Shown one piece after another: positions 58,506 through 64,000 of a DNA stretch of 64,000 bases (the first letter of the stretch is position 1; each line of letters begins with the position of its first letter). Source of the DNA: Chthoniobacteraceae bacterium. GTDB lineage: Bacteria; Verrucomicrobiota; Verrucomicrobiia; Chthoniobacterales; Chthoniobacteraceae. Below the pieces are notes generated by a model that was not told the origin of the DNA, did no database searches, and worked only from the letters and a program-made list of their open reading frames with translations. The stretch is taken from positions 96,001 through 160,000 of the forward strand of contig JBBCKI010000029.1 in the NCBI GenBank assembly GCA_037190965.1. Reading direction: 5' to 3'. A program made the position numbers and the translations under genes.

Positions 58506-58751
58506 ACACCCTTTCTGGGTGAACCTCGTGGAATGCTTCATAGCATCTTAACGCGAACCGGCCTAAAACAACAGGTCCATAAGTCAAGCGAAGCCCTCGA
58601 ACGCTTCCTCAAGCAATTCGTTGAAACCTACAACGAAACCTGCGGACTCTTCATCTGGACCAAAGGTCCCAAAAAGTTAACCCGAAAAGTCCGCCTTACT
58701 CAACTCGCCCATCAGCCGCAATATGCCGTACTTATCCGGCGATTGCACTAG
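58506..58751 (+). mobile_element. IS630-family transposase 3' remnant with right end
   Basis: WVNLVECF (58516-58539), a frameshift, then SILTRTGLKQQVHKS...YNETCGLFIWTKG; ends ACTTATCCGGCGATTGCACTAG. Confidence 0.78.
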
Positions 58752-59470
58752 TTGGCATGCCAGTTTGTGCCTCCAGAGTAAGAAGTGGCTTTGTTGTTTT
58801 CTCCTCCCTGATAGGTGCCGCGTCCTTCCAGCGGACCGCGCAGAAGTTCCACATGACCGTCAGCGAAGCACATGTGCATGCCTTTGCCGTGAGGATAGCG
58901 CGCGTTGTTTGCTCCTTTGCCCGGATAGGTATTCGCAGGGACTTGATTTCCGCCATTGAAGGAGCCGAGATCGATCGCGGAGGAAATCCCTTCACCCACC
59001 ATGTAAAGCTTGGAGGGCGAGACAAAGCTGGCGGTTCGGTTGCCGGCGTAGCGATTGTCGCCTTCGAGCCAGCCATTGATCGTGAAGCTGCCTGCTTGCT
59101 CGCCGACGCTTGAAGTCCGCCCCGCGATCTGGAGCTTATTCTCCGGACAGAGCCAGATACCAAGCTCACGACGGCTGGTGGCATTGACGAGTTGTTTCCG
59201 AGTGTTATCCCATTTAGTAACGATACCGCACCAGTTGAGATTAGCATCGGCATCGAATGGGAGGACAGTGTAGCCGTTATTGTCGGCCGCGTAGGCGATA
59301 AGGCTACTGCCGACTTGCCTGATGTTCACCAGGCAGGTGGCTTGGCGGCCGCTGGCCATGGCGCGCCAGTAGGCGGGCAGGATCAGACTGATAAGGAGGC
59401 CTCCGAGGGCCACTACAACCAGGATCTCGACTAGCGAAAAGGCGGTTCGTCTTCGGGGGGAAGTCCTCAC
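58748..59470 (-). CDS. Prepilin-type N-terminal cleavage/methylation protein with H-X9-DG C-terminus
   Basis: RTA|FSLVEILVVVAL, CLVNIRQVG, YAADNNG, WLCP, HGKGMHMCFADGHVE. Confidence 0.93.
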   Translation of the reverse strand: MRTSPRRRTAFSLVEILVVVALGGLLISLILPAYWRAMASGRQATCLVNIRQVGSSLIAYAADNNGYTVLPFDADANLNWCGIVTKWDNTRKQLVNATSRRELGIWLCPENKLQIAGRTSSVGEQAGSFTINGWLEGDNRYAGNRTASFVSPSKLYMVGEGISSAIDLGSFNGGNQVPANTYPGKGANNARYPHGKGMHMCFADGHVELLRGPLEGRGTYQGGENNKATSYSGGTNWHAN

Positions 59471-59511
59471 GTATTTTTGGGGGGGGAAGGGGGGAGTCGG
59501 GGCGGTTGTCG

Positions 59512-61665
59512 TCAGGTTTCGAGCGCCACGGTCAACGAGATCTCGGCATCGTCGTGGATGGGCCAGGTCGCGTTGGGAGCGGGGTTTTGTCGGCCTTCGG
59601 ACATGAGCCTGACCCAGGGAAATTCCAACACGCCTGCGCAGGGCAAGTTGCGATAGCGACAGCGCACGTGCAGGGAGTCGCTGCCCACGGCGCTACGCAA
59701 GGCGATCTCCGTGCCCTGATAGCCATAGGGAAAACGGATCTCTTCGCTGCCATCCTCGAAGCGCGCCATGCGGGGTTTGGAAAGGCTGCGGCCGATTTGA
59801 TAACCCTCTTCCGTGAGGCCCCCGAGGTGAAAGGCGACCAAGGGAACGGGATCCTGAATGAGACTCCGGCCATGGGTCGTTATACCGAGGACCTCGCATC
59901 GAAAGGGATTCACCACAAAGCGGCTGGAATTTAGCTGGATTTCCACTGCTCCCTCTGTGACGTCCGAAGGGCGGATACGAGTACATTCGCCGGTGCTGCC
60001 GGGCGAGCGCCAATATTGACGACTCTCTTCAAGCTTGTGGGCCAGACGGCTCGACGAGTCGCGGGCGCATACTCCAAATTGGAAGATGTCTCCGGCATCG
60101 GGATCGGGGGCTTCCAACCCATCGTATTTCTTGTGATAGGCCGGGATAACGGTGTCCAGGGCCGCGAGACGGTCGGCGGCGATCTTCTCGTAGCCAGCCT
60201 CGCCGGTATCGTCGAAGGCCATCCATGCATAGAACCCGACCATGTAATCCCGGCGGATGGCGGCCTCGTCGAAGGCGCGTTGAAGGGAGAAGCCAAGACG
60301 CCCGGCATCGTCCCCGGCAAAGGCTTCCCGGGCGGCGTTCAGGGTGCGGATGGCTTCATCGTAGATGGCCAGCGCCTCGCTTTTCTCCGCTTCCACGCGG
60401 CGGAGAAAGTGATGATCCGGGGCGAGCGCGCGGACGTGGTTCGCGTAGTCCACCGGGGAAAAACTCCAGCGGGTTATATTGTGCCGGCGAAGCGCCGCGA
60501 TCATGCCATCCGGCGTGAGGGGGGCCCCGGAGGGCGTGCTGCAGGAATGATGGCCAAACTCGTAATAGGTCTTGCAGCCGGCTTCGTAGAGGTTCTTGAA
60601 GATTGCCGCGGCAGCGTGCGCAGCCCGATCGCCGAAGCGCTCGCAGGCAAAATCGCGGTGAATTTCCTCCACCGAAGTAGCCGGGGCGTTGAGCAAGCGG
60701 CAGAAGGCGTACGCGTTAATCTCATTGAAAGTGTCGAGGCAGCTCCAGGTCTGCTCGGAGCGGTGGCTGGTCATGTGCCAGTCGATGCGGCCTGCCACAC
60801 CGTAGCTGCGAATTTCGCGCGCCTTTTGCAGGCGAAACTTGATGTCCTCGACCATGGGAAAGGGCGTGCGGCCGACTGCGCAATATTCCATTGGCAGCGA
60901 GAACTCCACGATGGTGGGCTGTTGCTGCGCCATGAGGGCGAGGGGGGCATTGAAAGGATAGGTCGGCTGAAAGTCCGGCTCCACCGCTTTCCCCATCAGC
61001 AGGAGGTCCGGGCCCACGGCGGCGGCGGCCTTCAAGAAATGCCAGGTGTAGGTATTCTCGTCGGTGACGAGCGGGATGGCGTCGTTACCCGCGCCGTGAT
61101 TGCGAAAAACGACGCGGCGGTCCAGCCGGTCGCAGGTCTCCTTCACCGTGCGAAACATCTTCTCGAAACGCTGCCAGAGCGGCAGACCGCCGCCCATGCC
61201 ATTGGCGGAAATCCACTCGCCTGCTTTTTGTTCGCCGGTGCAGGAAAGAATGATGCCCTGGGTGGCGGGAAACAGCGTGAACAGCGATTCGATGTTCCAG
61301 CGCACCAGATCCCAGAGCTCGGGATTTTTAAAGTCGATCCAGTCGGCGCCGTATTTCTCGACGAAACCGGTGGGCAGCCGAAGTTCGCGGCGCCAAAGAT
61401 AGAAATCGAGACCATGGGAACGCACGATCTCGGAGGCTGCCCGAATCGTTTCCTGGTAGTTTTCCATGAAGCGACGAGCCTCATCATTGGCGGGTGGCAC
61501 TCCCCAGGCGGTGTGATCGAGGAATTGAAAATTTTTCCACTCGGCGCTCATGTAAGCGATTGCGCCGATGTGGAAGCGTTTCGCATAGGCGCAGACGCGT
61601 TCGAGATTATCCGAGGTGAGCCCGTTGATCTCAAGACAGGTGAAGGGGAATGCGGGTGAACTCAT
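59512..61665 (-). CDS. Hypothetical protein with GH-like barrel (distantly alpha-glucuronidase-like)
   Basis: 717-aa ORF coupled to the upstream gene by ATGA; VVFRNH, K..EPDFQP, IVEF...EY, NEINAYAFCRL. No signal peptide. Confidence 0.55.
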   Translation of the reverse strand: MSSPAFPFTCLEINGLTSDNLERVCAYAKRFHIGAIAYMSAEWKNFQFLDHTAWGVPPANDEARRFMENYQETIRAASEIVRSHGLDFYLWRRELRLPTGFVEKYGADWIDFKNPELWDLVRWNIESLFTLFPATQGIILSCTGEQKAGEWISANGMGGGLPLWQRFEKMFRTVKETCDRLDRRVVFRNHGAGNDAIPLVTDENTYTWHFLKAAAAVGPDLLLMGKAVEPDFQPTYPFNAPLALMAQQQPTIVEFSLPMEYCAVGRTPFPMVEDIKFRLQKAREIRSYGVAGRIDWHMTSHRSEQTWSCLDTFNEINAYAFCRLLNAPATSVEEIHRDFACERFGDRAAHAAAAIFKNLYEAGCKTYYEFGHHSCSTPSGAPLTPDGMIAALRRHNITRWSFSPVDYANHVRALAPDHHFLRRVEAEKSEALAIYDEAIRTLNAAREAFAGDDAGRLGFSLQRAFDEAAIRRDYMVGFYAWMAFDDTGEAGYEKIAADRLAALDTVIPAYHKKYDGLEAPDPDAGDIFQFGVCARDSSSRLAHKLEESRQYWRSPGSTGECTRIRPSDVTEGAVEIQLNSSRFVVNPFRCEVLGITTHGRSLIQDPVPLVAFHLGGLTEEGYQIGRSLSKPRMARFEDGSEEIRFPYGYQGTEIALRSAVGSDSLHVRCRYRNLPCAGVLEFPWVRLMSEGRQNPAPNATWPIHDDAEISLTVALET

Positions 61666-63794
61666 GGCTTGCTGGCTTTCGCCCAGGATGGACTGTCCTC
61701 CAGAAAATAGCGTTGCGTCGCGATGCCGGGAAAGTCGTCCGTGCGGAAGGGGCTCGCGGGCAGCCCGGTTTGATTATAGAGGTTGCAGGTGGGATTGTCG
61801 GCCCAAGCGTACCGGACCGCCACAGGCTTAGGAATCTCTGGCGACCAAACGACCACGGAATCGCCGTCGATTTTTGCCTGGGCCCATTTCCAATTTCGAT
61901 CTTCGCCACAAATCGCGAAACCTTGAACCTCACTGCCTTTGCTGGGAGGTACCAGCGGAGCTGTCATCGGGTTGTGCTCCGCCGAGCTGTACCTCAGAAT
62001 ATAGGCGGGAGGAAGGGGACGGGCCACAAGACCTCCGTCCGCATGATTAAACCGGATCCTCAATGTATTATTCTCGAGTTTGACAGACTCGAAAGAAGGG
62101 CCTGATGCTTCCTCCGCCACGCCGTACGTTTTGGCGAGGGCGGCTTTGGCCAGACGCTCGCCTTGTTCTTTGCGAGTCAAGGGATGAATGTCTGCCGCCG
62201 AGCCGACATCGATGAGAACGGCTTGGCCTGTGTTCGGCAAGGCAAGCGTCTTCGATTGGGCTTCACGGAGTTCGGCCCATGCGCTTTCCGCCGGCAGGTC
62301 CTGCTTCGGGCCATAGTTCGCCAGTTGGCAGAAGTAGAATGGAAAATCTCCCCGTTCCCAAACCGAGCGCCAAGTCTGGATCAGCAGGGGGAATGAGGTG
62401 CGATATTGCTGTGCCCGACCTGCGTTGGTTTCCCCCTGATACCAGGCCACCCCCTTGATGGCATAGGGAATCAGGGGGTGAATCATGCCATTGTAAAGCT
62501 GGCTGGCCACGTGATGAACGAGCGGAACTGAACGCGGCGGCAACGGAAGCGACCTTGCCATTTCACCCTCGAGAGGCGGCAATTCGAATTCCGGTTTTGC
62601 GAGCCATGTTCCGCTTAATGCCTGACGAAGAGGACCCGTTACCATATTTTCCGGCTGCCCAAGGAATCCACTATCTTTGCCCGCCGGAATGAAGATGCGG
62701 ATGGCGAGAGTGTGCTCGCCTGGTTTGATCTTCGCGCCGTTCGTGCGATGGACCGATTTGAGACCTGGAAGGTCTTTCTCTGGATCTGTTCCCCCGAGCC
62801 GGACGCCGTCCCAGAAGACTTCATGGTATCCCGCAATAGGTCCAAGACTAAGGCTCATCCAGCCTTCCGCGGATGCCTTGGCGTCGACGGTTACATTGCG
62901 ACGGAGCCAAATGGCGCCATAAGCCGGCAGACCTTGTTTTTCCAGTGATCCGGGCACGGTTACGGATTTCCAGTCATCGGTTCTGGCGCTCGGGGCAGCG
63001 TAGGCGGATGAATCCGCAGTCCGACGGTCTTGTCGACCGGTTTTGTTTTGCCATTCCAAAATGGCTTCGAGGTAGTTTTTCCTTTTCTCCGGGAACCCAT
63101 TCGTTCGGCTTAGAACGGTTTCCTTACCTCTCTTCAAGTCGAGCTCGCTATCGAGGGCGGATTCGCTTAGCCACGCCTCCAGCGAAGATCCACCCCAGGC
63201 AGCGCGAATGAGGCCGACAGGAACGCCAAGCTTTTGCTGGACCGTTTTTCCGAAATAATACGCGACCCCTCCAAAATTGGGAGTCGTTTGGGGGGTGGCT
63301 ACCTTCCATTCTCCCTTGCAGTTCTCCTGCGGGGTGGCCGATGCTTCTTTGAGCACGCAAAATTCGCGGAGCATCGGGTTTCCAGATGCGGGAATTTCTG
63401 TCTTAGCCTCCAAGGAATGCTGAAGCCGCAGTTCCATATTGGACTGGCCGGAGCAGAGCCAGACTTCGCCGACGAGAACATCGGCACAGACCACCCGATT
63501 CTTGCCTTCCACGATCAGTTCGTGCGGACCCGGACCGGTGGCTCCCAAGTCGAGCGTGACCAGCCATTTTCCATTCGGGCCGGCCGAAGACGTGGCCTGC
63601 CTGCCGTCCAGAGAGACCGTTACCTTTTCTCCGGCGTCGGCCCATCCCCATACGGGAACCCTCTCCGACTTTTGCAGGACCATGTGGTCGGAAAAGAACG
63701 CTGGCAACGAGACATCCGCGTTTGCCTGCGTGGCGAGCCATACCGCCAGGACAAAGCTGAGTGCCAGGTGTTTTGCATTCGCGCTCGCAGTCAT
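61662..63794 (-). CDS. Secreted sialate O-acetylesterase-family (SASA, SGNH) protein with inserted sugar-binding domain
   Basis: FSDHMVLQ, GEVWLCSGQSNM, WGGS, LYNGMIHPL, WYQGETNA, QLAN, DIHP, VRYAWADNP, LPASPFRTD. Confidence 0.95.
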   Translation of the reverse strand: MTASANAKHLALSFVLAVWLATQANADVSLPAFFSDHMVLQKSERVPVWGWADAGEKVTVSLDGRQATSSAGPNGKWLVTLDLGATGPGPHELIVEGKNRVVCADVLVGEVWLCSGQSNMELRLQHSLEAKTEIPASGNPMLREFCVLKEASATPQENCKGEWKVATPQTTPNFGGVAYYFGKTVQQKLGVPVGLIRAAWGGSSLEAWLSESALDSELDLKRGKETVLSRTNGFPEKRKNYLEAILEWQNKTGRQDRRTADSSAYAAPSARTDDWKSVTVPGSLEKQGLPAYGAIWLRRNVTVDAKASAEGWMSLSLGPIAGYHEVFWDGVRLGGTDPEKDLPGLKSVHRTNGAKIKPGEHTLAIRIFIPAGKDSGFLGQPENMVTGPLRQALSGTWLAKPEFELPPLEGEMARSLPLPPRSVPLVHHVASQLYNGMIHPLIPYAIKGVAWYQGETNAGRAQQYRTSFPLLIQTWRSVWERGDFPFYFCQLANYGPKQDLPAESAWAELREAQSKTLALPNTGQAVLIDVGSAADIHPLTRKEQGERLAKAALAKTYGVAEEASGPSFESVKLENNTLRIRFNHADGGLVARPLPPAYILRYSSAEHNPMTAPLVPPSKGSEVQGFAICGEDRNWKWAQAKIDGDSVVVWSPEIPKPVAVRYAWADNPTCNLYNQTGLPASPFRTDDFPGIATQRYFLEDSPSWAKASKP

Positions 63795-64000
63795 GGATAG
63801 ACCCCCGCTTCATAGAAGTTTAGAGAGACTTTTTCGACGTTTCCCCGGCCTGCGGCGGAGTTGACCAGCTCAACTTCATTTTCTTCACCGAACTTGATCC
63901 AAGGGGTAATATTCAGATGAAAGCGAGGGCCGATCTTTTGCCAGAATCGGCTGACCCATTTCCCATTGATGACGACTCCGAGAGGGGTGCCCGTCACATC
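63791..64000 (-). CDS. C-terminus of a protein running off the window, ending in a GH2-type sugar-binding-like domain (partial)
   Basis: Frame is open to the window edge; VVING...LNITPWIKFGEENEVEL; ATGA overlap with the SASA gene. Confidence 0.6.
   Translation of the reverse strand, partial: DVTGTPLGVVINGKWVSRFWQKIGPRFHLNITPWIKFGEENEVELVNSAAGRGNVEKVSLNFYEAGVYP

Noticed and set aside
60016..61659. 547-aa plus-strand ORF; similar long ORFs at 47038-48327, 33246-34457, 4719-5666 and 27988-28881
   Set aside because: They lie antisense to well-supported genes and have no motifs; shadow ORFs are expected at high GC.
1..64000. CRISPR array, tRNA, rRNA, integrase, prophage or anti-phage defence genes
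   Set aside because: None seen by eye; a covariance-model or HMM scan would be needed to exclude small RNAs.

Overview
High-GC bacterial window, most likely from a Verrucomicrobiota (Chthoniobacterales/Terrimicrobium-like) genome. That assignment is inferred from a four-gene Verru_Chthon cassette, two PEP-CTERM proteins and H-X9-DG-type prepilin-like proteins. Bases 1-8.4 kb hold a PhyH fragment, an atypical long pyruvate kinase, a GNAT acetyltransferase and metR/metE-metF-glyA. Bases 8.4-64 kb are a chain of four apparent catabolic modules. Three have their own ligand-sensing regulator in view (one GntR-LacI hybrid and two LacI, plus an AraC). The modules carry uncharacterised glycoside-hydrolase-like proteins, many amide/ester hydrolases, two DegT aminotransferases and TIM-barrel isomerases. 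Three of the four also carry type IV pilin-like genes and two carry a PEP-CTERM protein, but no recognisable transporter is present. The strongest new observation is a palindromic LacI-type site, TATAGAnnCGTnTCTA, found three times: upstream of a hydrolase operon, of a PEP-CTERM operon and of the Verru_Chthon cassette. It suggests this pilin-like cassette of unknown function is induced by substrate together with catabolic enzymes. An IS630 remnant abuts the stop codon of a pilin-like gene. I saw no rRNA, tRNA or CRISPR array. All family calls come from reading motifs by eye, not from database searches.
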